Source: an uncultured virus (IMG/VR IMGVR_UViG_3300042519_003322) (lineage: Duplodnaviria > Heunggongvirae > Uroviricota > Caudoviricetes). From it: DNA of 64,000 nucleotides. The stretch lies in IMG/VR virus record IMGVR_UViG_3300042519_003322. One strand, 5' to 3'. The notes beneath the pieces are model-generated. The model was not told the origin of the DNA, searched no databases, and saw nothing but the letters and a program-made list of their open reading frames with translations. The translations under genes were made by a program, and so were the position numbers. Below, piece by piece: positions 1 to 10,263 of the stretch; position 1 is the first letter of the stretch; each line of letters starts with the position of its first letter.

Positions 1-379
1 CACGCATAACCAACTTGGATGCAGTTGCATCTGCGGTAGCGTCGGCAAGTTTGGTGAAATCCGTTGCAGAGAAAAGACCAGCACTTGCAGAAGTTGCAAG
101 ATTTGGGGTAATTGAAATTTGCCCACCGGAATCACTTATCGTTAGGGCTGTGGCGTGAGTGCCCGCGGCTATTACGCCAGCAGCCGCACCAATGCCAGCA
201 ACGACTTTTCGCCACGCAGCGGCAGTTGAATCATAGATTTTAATGACGCCATCGACACTATTGAAGTACATCCGGCCATCAAAAAGCTCGGTTGAGGGGT
301 CGGTAGTAAGGACCTCAAAACTGGCGTTAACTACCGCATTTTTATTGAGGTCAATATTTGTAAGAAACTTCTGAGCCAT
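1..379 (-). CDS. Virion structural / tail-fibre-like protein, N-terminal part (runs off the window)
   Basis: ATG at 379 after AGGA; MAQKFLTNIDLNKNAVVNASFEVLTTDPS...GRMYFN resembles N-termini of phage tail proteins; co-oriented with 389-1140. Confidence 0.55.
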   Translation of the reverse strand, partial: MAQKFLTNIDLNKNAVVNASFEVLTTDPSTELFDGRMYFNSVDGVIKIYDSTAAAWRKVVAGIGAAAGVIAAGTHATALTISDSGGQISITPNLATSASAGLFSATDFTKLADATADATASKLVMR

Positions 380-388
380 AGTGAGTCC

Positions 389-760
389 TTATGTAAGGTA
401 TGCGTACCCTGAAAATCCAGCACTAAATAGCACTGAAACCTGAGTGTCTGATAAATATTGTACCTCACCGTAGACCACGGTCCCAGCAGAATCGACAACG
501 GTTACTGAAGGCCTGCCGCCAAGAGTATGCGCAATGGTCCATGTTGACGAGGCCTGCTCCTGGATATGGACGTATCGCCTAGTGTTCGAGGAAGCAGGAG
601 CGGATAATCTAACAACAACCTGATTTGGGGCATCCTGATTGACGATTACTTGATTGGCAGAATCCTCATTAATAATGACATTATTAGGGGCGGATTGGTT
701 GACAACCACCTGATTGGGAGCATCCTGATTGACGATTACATTATTCGGGACATTACTCAT
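389..760 (-). CDS. Small virion structural protein with N-terminal NQxxPNxVxV repeats
   Basis: About 4-5 repeats of ~10 aa, then C-terminal WTIAHTLG..PSVTVVDSAG..FSGYAYL typical of tail-associated proteins. Confidence 0.55.
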   Translation of the reverse strand: MSNVPNNVIVNQDAPNQVVVNQSAPNNVIINEDSANQVIVNQDAPNQVVVRLSAPASSNTRRYVHIQEQASSTWTIAHTLGGRPSVTVVDSAGTVVYGEVQYLSDTQVSVLFSAGFSGYAYLT

Positions 761-1140
761 CGCGTCACTTCTGGACTCAAATTAAACTCCCCCTGAAGAA
801 CTCTAGTAACAGTCCCTGTCGAGCTAACTATCTCCAGGTCATAGACGCCGCTGGTAGAGACCGAAGCCGTAACCGAAGCACTGACGTTAATATATATTTG
901 ATTTGTGGCGGCCCCTGAAGGGTTGATTGTCAGTGCCCCGTTTGCCGTAGTGAGGTGCAGTAAGACGCTTGCCGAGTCTATGGTTCTACGTACCTGCATT
1001 CTGGCCGTAAATCCGGACAAATTATAAGGCTCAAATGTGTTCCCGGTCGGGTCAGTTGTGAGGTCGGGCTGCTCAATTTCTATTAATCGAGTAAAGGTTG
1101 AGCCCTGTTGACACGTTAAGTTATAATTTCCTGCCAACAT
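757..1140 (-). CDS. Putative tail/baseplate beta-sandwich protein
   Basis: QGSTF...YNLSGFTARMQVR...GVYDLEIVS...RVLQG...SPEVTR pattern of phage tail-associated proteins; overlaps next gene. Confidence 0.6.
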   Translation of the reverse strand: MLAGNYNLTCQQGSTFTRLIEIEQPDLTTDPTGNTFEPYNLSGFTARMQVRRTIDSASVLLHLTTANGALTINPSGAATNQIYINVSASVTASVSTSGVYDLEIVSSTGTVTRVLQGEFNLSPEVTR

Positions 1141-1317
1141 CGCGCCTAGAGCCTCCCAAAAAGCAGTTTCACTATTGATTGTAGATTAAATATCACTCAA
1201 ATATGGCCAAGTATTTGAACCGCTTGATGATATCTCTGTTTGAAAACATGATTAAATTCTCAATATTTCTTGACGGGGTCGTGTGACCGTTTTTTATTAG
1301 TCTGAGTCAAGACCTAT

Positions 1318-2412
1318 ATGAAACGCCGAACCCAAAAACCAACGATTGCATTCCTCACCCATGATTGGTGTTGGGGCACAGACCCTCTACAGCCGAATGG
1401 GTGCGCATGGTACAGGTGTAAGCTCCCTTCTGATGAACTGAACAAAAGAGGGTGGTTTAGTGCTGTTGGATTCCCGGGATATAACGAACAACGCGGATTT
1501 GGGATGCTCACAGAAGACGGTCGGTCTGTCCACGGATGGGACATTATTGTCCTGAAGCTTTTAATGCAGAAAGAAGTACTCGAATCAGTATTTAAGGCTC
1601 AAGCAATGGGGCAAAAAATCGTCGTAGATGTTGACGATTGGCACGACGGGCTGTCGGAATCGAATAGGGCTTATGCGGCAACTGACCCAAAAACTAACCC
1701 AGATTCAAATAGAGAGATATACGCACAGATAATTATGGCTGCCGACGCCATAATCACGTCAACACCGTTCCTGTTTGAATATTACAGCAAAAAACGCAAC
1801 AATGTTTTCATGGTGCGCAACGGCATCGACCTTCATCGATGGACGCGAAAGCAAATAACAGTTAACAAACGTCCTCGTATCGGATGGGTCGGAGCAACTC
1901 ATTGGCGCTCCAACGACCTTGAGCAGCTCAATAAGTTTATGGGCAAATACATTCAAAGCAGAAAACTTTTTTTTCAACATTCTGGACACAACCCAAGTGC
2001 GCCGCTGGCACATGAGCTTTTAGGAATTGATGAAAAGTATTCTAAAATTACATCCATGGCCCCAATTTACCAATACCCCAATTTATTTAAACAAATTGAT
2101 ATTGGAATTGTTCCTTTGAATAATATTGAATTCAATCACGCAAAATCCTTCATCAAGGGTCTTGAGTATGTGGCGGCCGGCATTCCCTTTGTTTCTTCAT
2201 ATTCTCCCGAATATCAATATTTAGCAGACAAGGGAGTAGGTCGAATTGCAAACACAAAAGACGAATGGATGCACCATTTAGACCAACTAATTGACGTCAC
2301 CGCGAGACGAAACGAAGCTGACAAAAATTACGAGATTGCAAAAGATTTTTCCATGGATGCTCGTGGTGATGACTGGGACGCAACGATGAAGTTCATCAAG
2401 GACAATATTTAG
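1318..2412 (+). CDS. Glycosyltransferase, GT-B fold (GT4-like)
   Basis: GCAWYR, DVDD, IGWVG, DIGIVPL...FNHAKSFIKGLEYVAAGIPFVSS. Confidence 0.8.
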   Translation: MKRRTQKPTIAFLTHDWCWGTDPLQPNGCAWYRCKLPSDELNKRGWFSAVGFPGYNEQRGFGMLTEDGRSVHGWDIIVLKLLMQKEVLESVFKAQAMGQKIVVDVDDWHDGLSESNRAYAATDPKTNPDSNREIYAQIIMAADAIITSTPFLFEYYSKKRNNVFMVRNGIDLHRWTRKQITVNKRPRIGWVGATHWRSNDLEQLNKFMGKYIQSRKLFFQHSGHNPSAPLAHELLGIDEKYSKITSMAPIYQYPNLFKQIDIGIVPLNNIEFNHAKSFIKGLEYVAAGIPFVSSYSPEYQYLADKGVGRIANTKDEWMHHLDQLIDVTARRNEADKNYEIAKDFSMDARGDDWDATMKFIKDNI

Positions 2413-2414
2413 CC

Positions 2415-3068
2415 GTGAATGATATTCGGTGGACTTTTGGGATAGTTACGGGATTTGAAGACCGTCAAAGACTTGATGAAATAATTAATTCAATAAGGAA
2501 TTTGTCCATTCCCGAATATGAAATTCTCTTGATTGGCGGGGGTGGCAATGAATTTTCTAATTCCGCCGAAGACTTGAGGGTAATCGATTTTGACGAATCA
2601 CAAAAATCTAAATGGATAACAAGAAAAAAGAACATTCTTGCCGCTGAAGCAAAATACGAAAATATTGTATTAATGCATGACTATCACGTTTTTGATAAAG
2701 ACTGGTATGTGAATTTTAAATCTTTTGGTACAGACTGGGAAATATGTTCATGCCCTCAGTATTTGATTACCGGAGCCAGAAACCCGATGGATTGGTCTCT
2801 TTGGGATAAGCCAGACCACGGCAGGGCATGGTCACTCGACTACGACGACTGGTCGCAAACCCAATACATGTATATCTCTGGCGGATTCTTTATAGTTAAA
2901 AAACACGTTCTACAAGAAGAGCCTCTTGATGAGTCTCGGGGTTGGAATGAAGAAGAAGATGTCGAATGGTCTATGAGGGTGCGTAACAAGTACGTCATGA
3001 AATGTAATGGTGGAAGCGTTGTTAGACACAATAAATGGCATAGACATGCCGGCCCGGAATCCCAATGA
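2415..3068 (+). CDS. Glycosyltransferase, GT-A fold (GT2-like)
   Basis: FGIVT...SIR, WITRKKN, VLMHDY, GGFFIVK, EEEDVEWS. Confidence 0.7.
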   Translation: MNDIRWTFGIVTGFEDRQRLDEIINSIRNLSIPEYEILLIGGGGNEFSNSAEDLRVIDFDESQKSKWITRKKNILAAEAKYENIVLMHDYHVFDKDWYVNFKSFGTDWEICSCPQYLITGARNPMDWSLWDKPDHGRAWSLDYDDWSQTQYMYISGGFFIVKKHVLQEEPLDESRGWNEEEDVEWSMRVRNKYVMKCNGGSVVRHNKWHRHAGPESQ

Positions 3069-4438
3069 AAAGTCAAAAACTGATTATATTTGACCTAGAT
3101 GGAGTGCTTATAGATTCACGCGATGTTCATTACGAATCGCTAAATAAAGCCCTATCTCTGGTTGGAGAAGAGTTCGTTATCTCTCGCAGTGAACATTTAT
3201 CTACCTTTGATGGACTTGGAACTACAAAGAAACTAGAAATGCTCACCTCTATGAAAGGGCTTCCAAAAGATTCCCATTCAGAAGTGTGGGAAAACAAGCA
3301 AAAGTCAACTATTGAAATATTGAGCTTATTGCCAAAAAACGCAAACGCAATAGACATAATGCAAACCCTAAAAGCGGATGGCTGGAAAATAGCCGTTGCG
3401 AGCAATGCTATTCGTGAAACAGTAATTACTGCTCTCAACGCCATAGGCGTCCTGCACATGGTTAGCCACATCATGAGTAACGAAGATGTAAAACATCATA
3501 AGCCTCACCCAGAAATGTACTGGCAGTGCATGATTAACTGCAGTGCAACTCCTTCTTCAACGATAATTGTTGAAGACTCGCACATAGGTAGAGAGGGAGC
3601 TAACGCTTCTGGGGCTCACCTCTATGCAATAAAAGACTCATACAGCCTAGATAAAGAAAGATTATTACGAATGGCATCAGAAATTAATGCAAGCCAAAGA
3701 ACAAATGTTGCGTGGAAGAACGAAAAGATGAACGTTCTTATTCCTATGGCTGGAGCTGGTTCACGTTTCTCCCAGGCTGGATACACATTTCCCAAGCCTC
3801 TCATCGAGGTTCACGGCAAGCCAATGATTCAGATGGTGGTCGATAATCTTAATATTGATGCCCATTTCATATTTCTTGTACAGAAAGAGCATTACGAAAA
3901 ATACAACCTCAAGCAAGTATTGAGCATTATTAAACCTGGATGCGAAATAGTAATTGTTGACGGAATGACAGAAGGGGCAGCATGCACGACCCTTCTCGCT
4001 TCTGACCTTATAGACAATGACGCCCCTCTTCTTATGGCAAACTCTGACCAGTTAATCGAGTGGAACAGCAATGAGTGCCTATACGCGTTTGATGCAGATG
4101 AAATTGACGGCGGAATACTTACGTTTAAAGCAACTCACCCAAAGTGGTCTTATGCAAAAATAGGGGAAGACGGGTTTGTTGATGAAGTTGCTGAAAAAAA
4201 TCCAATATCAGACAATGCCACGGTAGGGGTTTACTACTGGAAGCATGGCTCTGACTATGTTAAATACGCAAATCAAATGATTGAAAAAAACATAAGAACC
4301 AACAATGAGTTCTATGTTTGCCCCGTATTTAATGAAGCAATTCAAGACGGAAAGAAAATACGAATTAAAGAAGTTTCCGAGATGTGGGGAATCGGAACAC
4401 CGGAAGACCTCAACTATTACTTGGAGAACCATAAGTGA
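3065..4438 (+). CDS. HAD phosphatase fused to a sugar-phosphate nucleotidyltransferase-like domain
   Basis: N-term FDLDGVL, ASN, KPHP, IVEDS; C-term LIPMAGAGSRF..GY.FPKPLI, NSDQ, EK, GTPEDL. Confidence 0.85.
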   Translation: MKSQKLIIFDLDGVLIDSRDVHYESLNKALSLVGEEFVISRSEHLSTFDGLGTTKKLEMLTSMKGLPKDSHSEVWENKQKSTIEILSLLPKNANAIDIMQTLKADGWKIAVASNAIRETVITALNAIGVLHMVSHIMSNEDVKHHKPHPEMYWQCMINCSATPSSTIIVEDSHIGREGANASGAHLYAIKDSYSLDKERLLRMASEINASQRTNVAWKNEKMNVLIPMAGAGSRFSQAGYTFPKPLIEVHGKPMIQMVVDNLNIDAHFIFLVQKEHYEKYNLKQVLSIIKPGCEIVIVDGMTEGAACTTLLASDLIDNDAPLLMANSDQLIEWNSNECLYAFDADEIDGGILTFKATHPKWSYAKIGEDGFVDEVAEKNPISDNATVGVYYWKHGSDYVKYANQMIEKNIRTNNEFYVCPVFNEAIQDGKKIRIKEVSEMWGIGTPEDLNYYLENHK

Positions 4439-5142
4439 AAAAGACAAAAACGGACTACCTGTCCATGCAAAATAAGTATTATGACGAATATGCGAGTCAG
4501 TGGTCGTTGTCTTTCAGAGACCCTGTCGTTGGTTCGTACGATGCCCACAACAACTGGGCAGACTATGACACTGTTTTGTTTAAGGACTTTGATACAAATG
4601 GTCTAATTGCCCTCGAGTACGGGTGTGGCCCGGGAAGAAACCTTGTGAAGTTTTCTAACCGTTTTGCAAGAATCGACGGAATAGACATCTCCGATATCAA
4701 TATTGATAAAGCAAAGATAAACCTAGAACACAACAATATTTTTAACTCAAACCTTTACGTCACAAGTGGTGACAACTTATCGATGATAGAAGAAAACACC
4801 TATGACGTTGTTTTCGCTGTTATTTGCTTTCAACATATTTGTTCTCACGAGATTAGATTTAATATTCTTAAAGATATTTATCGAGTCCTAAAACCGGGAG
4901 GAAAGCTTTGCTTCCAAATGGGACACGGGGGCAAAGACGGAATTCCTACTGCTGGATATTTCGATGACATATTTGATGCGGCAAGCACTAACGGGCATGC
5001 AGATGTAAGCATTACAGAAGAAGCAGATATACAAAAGGACCTCGTTGACGAGATTGGGTATACCAACTACAAGTCAGATATCAGAGATACCGGTCCTGGA
5101 GACAATCACAGAAACTGGATATGGATTCAGGTTGAAAAATGA
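4435..5142 (+). CDS. Class I SAM-dependent methyltransferase
   Basis: LEYGCGPGR, GIDIS, YDVVF, RVLKPGG. Confidence 0.85.
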   Translation: MKKTKTDYLSMQNKYYDEYASQWSLSFRDPVVGSYDAHNNWADYDTVLFKDFDTNGLIALEYGCGPGRNLVKFSNRFARIDGIDISDINIDKAKINLEHNNIFNSNLYVTSGDNLSMIEENTYDVVFAVICFQHICSHEIRFNILKDIYRVLKPGGKLCFQMGHGGKDGIPTAGYFDDIFDAASTNGHADVSITEEADIQKDLVDEIGYTNYKSDIRDTGPGDNHRNWIWIQVEK

Positions 5143-6413
5143 TTTACATATCACATCGCGGAAACCTTAACGGGCCTAATCCTGAATTTGAAAATCAGCC
5201 AGACTACATTGAGCAAGCAATAGCGCAAGGCTTTGATGTTGAGGTTGATTTATGGATTAATGAATCTGGAATATTTCTTGGCCATGACTGGCCCCAGCAC
5301 CAAGTCCCAGCCGAGTGGCTGGTTGACAGAACAACCCAAATATGGGTTCATTGCAAAAACACTGACGCATTAAGTTTTGCTATGAGAAATGGTTTGAATT
5401 GTTTTTTTCATAACGTAGACGATTACACACTAACAAGCACGGGATATGTGTGGTCCTATCCAGGAAAAAAATACACCTCTGCAAAATGTATAAAGGTGAT
5501 GCCTGAAGCGAACTGGTCAGAACTAACTCCAGGATGGGAGATTCAATATGCTGGAGTTTGTTCAGATTTTGTATCGAAGTTAAAAAATCCGGAACCAGCA
5601 CCTCACATTTCCTCGGTATTAAAATCAATAGATTACAGCAAGCATTTTGTCATCGGAACCCCTCTAGTCCCATGGAAGTGCGAGGCTAGAGAACACTTGG
5701 ACTGGCTTTCAAACAGGGCTCAAATCATCGAAAAGTTTCCAAACGTTAAATGGTTTGCCGCACTTGAGACAGATGTGCGCGGCGTTGAACCATTCCACGA
5801 AGTCGTTGCTGCACTTCGCGAAGTCAATGGCGACTACTGGACCTACTCGATAAACGACATGCAGGCAGAAGTCACGTCCGGCAATAGATGGATTCGCATA
5901 GAAACTGGTCGTAACCTAATCCGAGAATTTGCTCAAAGACATAGGGTCACCTCTGGTCACCACTGGGGAGAAGACTGCGCCGAAAGGAACATTGGGGTAG
6001 TTAATTATCAAGCAATCCTATATGTCGACTCAGACATACAGCTAACAGTAGAGATTGTTGAAAAAATGCTTGAAGTAGACAGACCTCTTGTTGGGGCAAA
6101 TGTTGGGGCTTATTGTTTGTCTGGAAAAGTAATAAGCGAAAGCCCCCCAATTGAAGAGCACTGGACTACGGCCGGGTGTCTTCTTGTTAATTCTCCAGCT
6201 TTCTATGACCTTCCGTGGTTTCATAACTCGTATCTCAATTTAAGTGACGACCCTTCGTTTCAATCAATGGCGGAACGCCTGATGATGAGAGTTGGAGTTG
6301 AGAATCTAGACACGCCATACGGGATGACGTGGGTCAGAAAAGACATAGATGTTCAGCATAAAGGCAGACTGAGCCCTATTGAACAAAGAAACATTCCCAA
6401 GAGGGATATTTAA
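5139..6413 (+). CDS. GDPD-like phosphodiesterase domain fused to a GT-A-like domain
   Basis: ISHRGN..EN..GFDVEVD..GHD..WVHCKN..GVCSDF; C-term GRNL..LYVDSD..DDP. Confidence 0.7.
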   Translation: MIYISHRGNLNGPNPEFENQPDYIEQAIAQGFDVEVDLWINESGIFLGHDWPQHQVPAEWLVDRTTQIWVHCKNTDALSFAMRNGLNCFFHNVDDYTLTSTGYVWSYPGKKYTSAKCIKVMPEANWSELTPGWEIQYAGVCSDFVSKLKNPEPAPHISSVLKSIDYSKHFVIGTPLVPWKCEAREHLDWLSNRAQIIEKFPNVKWFAALETDVRGVEPFHEVVAALREVNGDYWTYSINDMQAEVTSGNRWIRIETGRNLIREFAQRHRVTSGHHWGEDCAERNIGVVNYQAILYVDSDIQLTVEIVEKMLEVDRPLVGANVGAYCLSGKVISESPPIEEHWTTAGCLLVNSPAFYDLPWFHNSYLNLSDDPSFQSMAERLMMRVGVENLDTPYGMTWVRKDIDVQHKGRLSPIEQRNIPKRDI

Positions 6414-6470
6414 TTGCACACATTATAAATAGCATGCTGTAAAATTGTTTCTGTCGGGAGAGGACAGGGA

Positions 6471-8783
6471 TTGAGAATTGGCAACAGATATATAAGACCA
6501 CGACCCAGCACATGGGCGATAATACCTATTTTGATTTTTTCGGTTGTTTCTTTTTTTTCGAGCCCATTAAAGGCCAGCACTCTAACAACCGATGGCGCCA
6601 ATGACTATTATTATGAGCTGCAAGCCGGAACTACATTTACCGTAAGAACCTACGCTCAGCAATACGGTATTGACAGCCAGCTATGGCTGTATGACAGTAA
6701 TAATACGGAATTGGCTTCAAACGACGACTTTTACGGTCTTGATTCATACATCTCTTATAACGTACAAGCAACTGGGACCTATCGCATCCGTACGGGCGTT
6801 TGCTGCGGGGACCCTACGAGGTGGTATGGAACATCTTACGTAGTCGAATCAGACTTAACGCCGACCAACACCCCATCCACAACCAGTACCAGCACAACCA
6901 CCACTAGCACTACCACTACGACTATCGCTCCGTATTTAAATAGTCCAGAAAACCTAATAGTCACATCCAGTAATGAAAATAAAGTTTATTTGTCGTGGAA
7001 CGCTCCGGAACAGTCAAATATCCAAGTGGAGAGATATGCCATTTTTTTCTCCAATGACAATTGGGTTTCTGGCTGGGCAATCTCATCTACGGACACATCT
7101 GCAGTTGTTGAAAATCTAGAACCAGGAACCACCTATCAATTTAAGGTTCGTGCCGACAATGATTCTGTCTCGGTTTATTCAGGTTGGAGTAATGAGGTTT
7201 CTGAAACAACCGCCGTAACTACCACGACCAGTACTACAACTACTACCGAGCCAGAGCCAGAACCCACAACTACTACCGAGCCAGAGCCAGAACCCACAAC
7301 TACTACTGAACCAGAACCAGAAATAGTTACAACCACTACAGAGCCAGAACCAGAACCAGAACCCGAAACCACAACAACCACGGAAGTGGAGGTTCCAGTT
7401 GGAACAACAACACCAGAAGAAACAGTTGAAGAAACGATACCTAAACCAACAGAACCACCCGAAACAACGCCAACGACGAGCGAACCGCCGATAGAAGTTC
7501 CAGAAGATGTTCAGGATGCCGCCGACACTGCCGTCGAGGACATTTTTGATACGCCCATATCTAATAACGAACTCGCAGAAGCTGTTGACGACTTGGTCGC
7601 CGATGCCGATACTCCTGAAGAACTAACTGCCGTAGTCAACTCCCTCCTTGACCAAGAACTCACAGATGCTCAGTTCTCCACGGTTATTGATTCTGTTTTT
7701 TCCGAGCCTTTATCTGATGAAAACTTTGCTGCGGCTGTAGATGCAGTGTTTGAAGACCCTAGCCAATTATCGGAAGAACAGTTCAATGATGCGGTTACTG
7801 CAGTGTTTGATGTACCTCTTTCGGATGAGCAATTCCAAGATGCCGTTGCGGCGGTCTTTGAAGACACCGAGTCCCTTAGCGAAGAGCAGTTTGATGCTGC
7901 AGTACAGGCAGTCTTTGATGAACCCCTAAGTACAGAACAGTTCGCGGAAGCCCTCGGTGCAGTGTTTGATGAACCAATTTCCGATGAGAAATTTGACTCA
8001 ATCATTTCTGCCGTCTTGGATGAGCCAATCTCTGATGAGCAATTTGAGGAATTGGTTAACGTCTTGGAGTCAGAAACGGTCACAGAAGAACAGGTCTCGG
8101 CTGCTGTCGACTCGGTCATTGAGAATGGGGTCACGGAAGACCAGGCTGTAGACCTCGCTACGAGCGCAAAAGTTTTGCAAAGTGTTGACGGCGACCAGGC
8201 TGCGGAAATATTCGAAGCCGTTGATATTTCGAATATAAGTTCAGAGGATGCAGCGCAACTTATTGAGGCTGTTCAAGATGCGCCTACCGAAGTCAGAGAG
8301 TCCTTAGAAGCCGAAATAAATATTTTCGATGGAGCCATTGACACATACGTTCCTTTAAATTCTCAGATTGACGTTGGCGATAGACGCACGGTTATTGCCG
8401 TAGGCGCAGCGGTAGCTGTGGTTGGTGGCGCAATAGGTGGCTCTAGTAGTTCTGGTGGTCCTAGTGGGACTGGCGGAGCGCCCAATAACAATAGTGCTCG
8501 CAAGCCAGAAGACGACGAAGAGTTCTCTGGCGAGATTGCGGGAGACAGCAAGGAATGGATTAAAAACTTAAGTGTTTTCCAGTACAATAATAATGTCCGA
8601 ACTTTTAAATGGAGTCTTTTTATGAAAAAATTTATTTATGGAGTACTCGGCCTGGGTCTTTCAATATCCGGCTCCCTGGTTGTCTATTTGACACTCTCGG
8701 GAAGTATTAAAACTATTGCCGGAGTGTCTTCTGGCATAGCTCTCCTAGGTGCTTTGTACCTTCATATGAGAGAGCCAGAATAA
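6471..8783 (+). CDS. Large acidic membrane-anchored surface protein (signal, PPC-like, FN3, T/P/E linker, acidic repeats, C-terminal TMs)
   Basis: Hydrophobic N-term; DSQLWLYD..NDD..DSYI; LSWNAP..LEPGTTYQFKVRA; TTTTEPEPEP repeats; repeated xxLSDEQFxxAVxAVF; hydrophobic C-terminal segments. Confidence 0.75.
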   Translation: MRIGNRYIRPRPSTWAIIPILIFSVVSFFSSPLKASTLTTDGANDYYYELQAGTTFTVRTYAQQYGIDSQLWLYDSNNTELASNDDFYGLDSYISYNVQATGTYRIRTGVCCGDPTRWYGTSYVVESDLTPTNTPSTTSTSTTTTSTTTTTIAPYLNSPENLIVTSSNENKVYLSWNAPEQSNIQVERYAIFFSNDNWVSGWAISSTDTSAVVENLEPGTTYQFKVRADNDSVSVYSGWSNEVSETTAVTTTTSTTTTTEPEPEPTTTTEPEPEPTTTTEPEPEIVTTTTEPEPEPEPETTTTTEVEVPVGTTTPEETVEETIPKPTEPPETTPTTSEPPIEVPEDVQDAADTAVEDIFDTPISNNELAEAVDDLVADADTPEELTAVVNSLLDQELTDAQFSTVIDSVFSEPLSDENFAAAVDAVFEDPSQLSEEQFNDAVTAVFDVPLSDEQFQDAVAAVFEDTESLSEEQFDAAVQAVFDEPLSTEQFAEALGAVFDEPISDEKFDSIISAVLDEPISDEQFEELVNVLESETVTEEQVSAAVDSVIENGVTEDQAVDLATSAKVLQSVDGDQAAEIFEAVDISNISSEDAAQLIEAVQDAPTEVRESLEAEINIFDGAIDTYVPLNSQIDVGDRRTVIAVGAAVAVVGGAIGGSSSSGGPSGTGGAPNNNSARKPEDDEEFSGEIAGDSKEWIKNLSVFQYNNNVRTFKWSLFMKKFIYGVLGLGLSISGSLVVYLTLSGSIKTIAGVSSGIALLGALYLHMREPE

Positions 8784-8897
8784 ATAATTTTTATTAGTAA
8801 TTTCTAAAGGCTTAATTCATTACAAATCTGCGTAATGTACAATTTATAAGTCGTCCCGGACCAACATATGGGTTATCAAAACTGAAAGCTGATTTGC

Positions 8898-9125
8898 ATG
8901 CAGGAAATTACGATAGCCATAGTTGGTTTAGTTGGGGCAATTGTGGTTGCCCTTATTGAAAAGGGTCGCAGAGAGAACAAGTCTGACCATAATGTAGTTT
9001 CAGAAAAACTTGACATTATTGGAAGAAACCTCGGTCGCTCGATTGACAGAGTAGAAAGTACCGTCATCCGCAACGAAATAAAGCTTGACCAGCACATCAA
9101 CGACCATGCCAAAGGGGATGTCTGA
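8898..9125 (+). CDS. Small single-TM protein (holin-like or unknown)
   Basis: N-terminal TM then coiled-coil-like tail. Confidence 0.5.
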   Translation: MQEITIAIVGLVGAIVVALIEKGRRENKSDHNVVSEKLDIIGRNLGRSIDRVESTVIRNEIKLDQHINDHAKGDV

Positions 9126-9334
9126 TGGCCACCAAAAAGAACATAAAGCCGATTTCAGGTAAGTCCCAACAAGAACAACAAGACCATGCGATATACGGTA
9201 GCCCCACTCGATACGTTGGCTCCAAAAACTCGACCTGCTCATGCGCGAATTGTGGAAAATTAATGGTCAAGGGAATGGTTCGCGTAAAAAACAATAGTTA
9301 CTACTGCTCCGCCAGATGTGCGTCTATTTCATAA
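9125..9334 (+). CDS. Small zinc-binding protein
   Basis: CANC...YCSARC; start overlaps upstream stop. Confidence 0.55.
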   Translation: MATKKNIKPISGKSQQEQQDHAIYGSPTRYVGSKNSTCSCANCGKLMVKGMVRVKNNSYYCSARCASIS

Positions 9335-9442
9335 ACAAAAATACCTCCGCTCGAGCGAACTGATGAGTGATAAATTATAAACAGGCCCTGCCACACGTCA
9401 AGAGACGTGGAGATTTTTCAAATTTATCCGAACTGAATCAAC

Positions 9443-9787
9443 ATGGCACACAATCAGGAATATGAACAAACTTGGCACAATGATGGCCACACTCTTCATC
9501 TCCGAATAAATAAGTCAGACCTTGAGATTATTGACATATTGTGCCCACACGAAGGCGCCTCTCCTTGTAAAAACATAATGGGAGACTGCATTGTGACTTG
9601 GTTCGTGAACCGCTTCGGGATGGACTGCAATGGAGGACTTTGCCCACCGAGTGAATTCATGGAAATATCATGGACCCTTGTTGGGGACATAAACAACTTT
9701 GACTCATGCCAACTCTGGTTTATGCCGCTAAATGACGAAATATTTAATGCCTGGATTATAACCAATACTCACTTAGTCGAAGAATGA
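9443..9787 (+). CDS. Hypothetical protein
   Basis: 114-aa ORF. Confidence 0.55.
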   Translation: MAHNQEYEQTWHNDGHTLHLRINKSDLEIIDILCPHEGASPCKNIMGDCIVTWFVNRFGMDCNGGLCPPSEFMEISWTLVGDINNFDSCQLWFMPLNDEIFNAWIITNTHLVEE

Positions 9788-9788
9788 C

Positions 9789-10247
9789 TCATTTTAAGTA
9801 GGGTGTTTTCGCCTGGCGGGCGGCAATCCTGTCTTCAATCTCGTTGAGTATTTCGTCTTCGGCATCAAGCTTCTCTTCTAGTGACATCATGGATGCATTA
9901 ACAAGCCGAATCCTCTCAGTCGCATCTTCCATGTATCTGGGGCCGAGCATGCGAACGCGGAACTCACGATGATAGGCAGCGGCGGATGACATCGCTAATT
10001 CACCACTGCGGGTCACTCTCCACGTATCTCTATTTATCCTTAATAGAAACCCAGCCTTTAATAGGCAGTTTGCTGGAACTAAAAAATCTCGATTATTCGT
10101 CCTAGAAAAAGAGCCGCTCAAGCAGGATTTTATTTCGGACGTCTTGAAATCGCCTTTGCGGAAAACGCCGTAGCAAAGGATTCTATACCCATTGCTTTTG
10201 TAGGGGAAGACTGGCCTGGCACTACTGAGTACTCTGGATGAAACCAT
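9789..10247 (-). CDS. Hypothetical protein, possible winged helix
   Basis: LLKAGFL..WRVTRSG wing-like motif. Confidence 0.45.
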   Translation of the reverse strand: MVSSRVLSSARPVFPYKSNGYRILCYGVFRKGDFKTSEIKSCLSGSFSRTNNRDFLVPANCLLKAGFLLRINRDTWRVTRSGELAMSSAAAYHREFRVRMLGPRYMEDATERIRLVNASMMSLEEKLDAEDEILNEIEDRIAARQAKTPYLK

Positions 10248-10263
10248 ACAGTAAGCATGTTAT

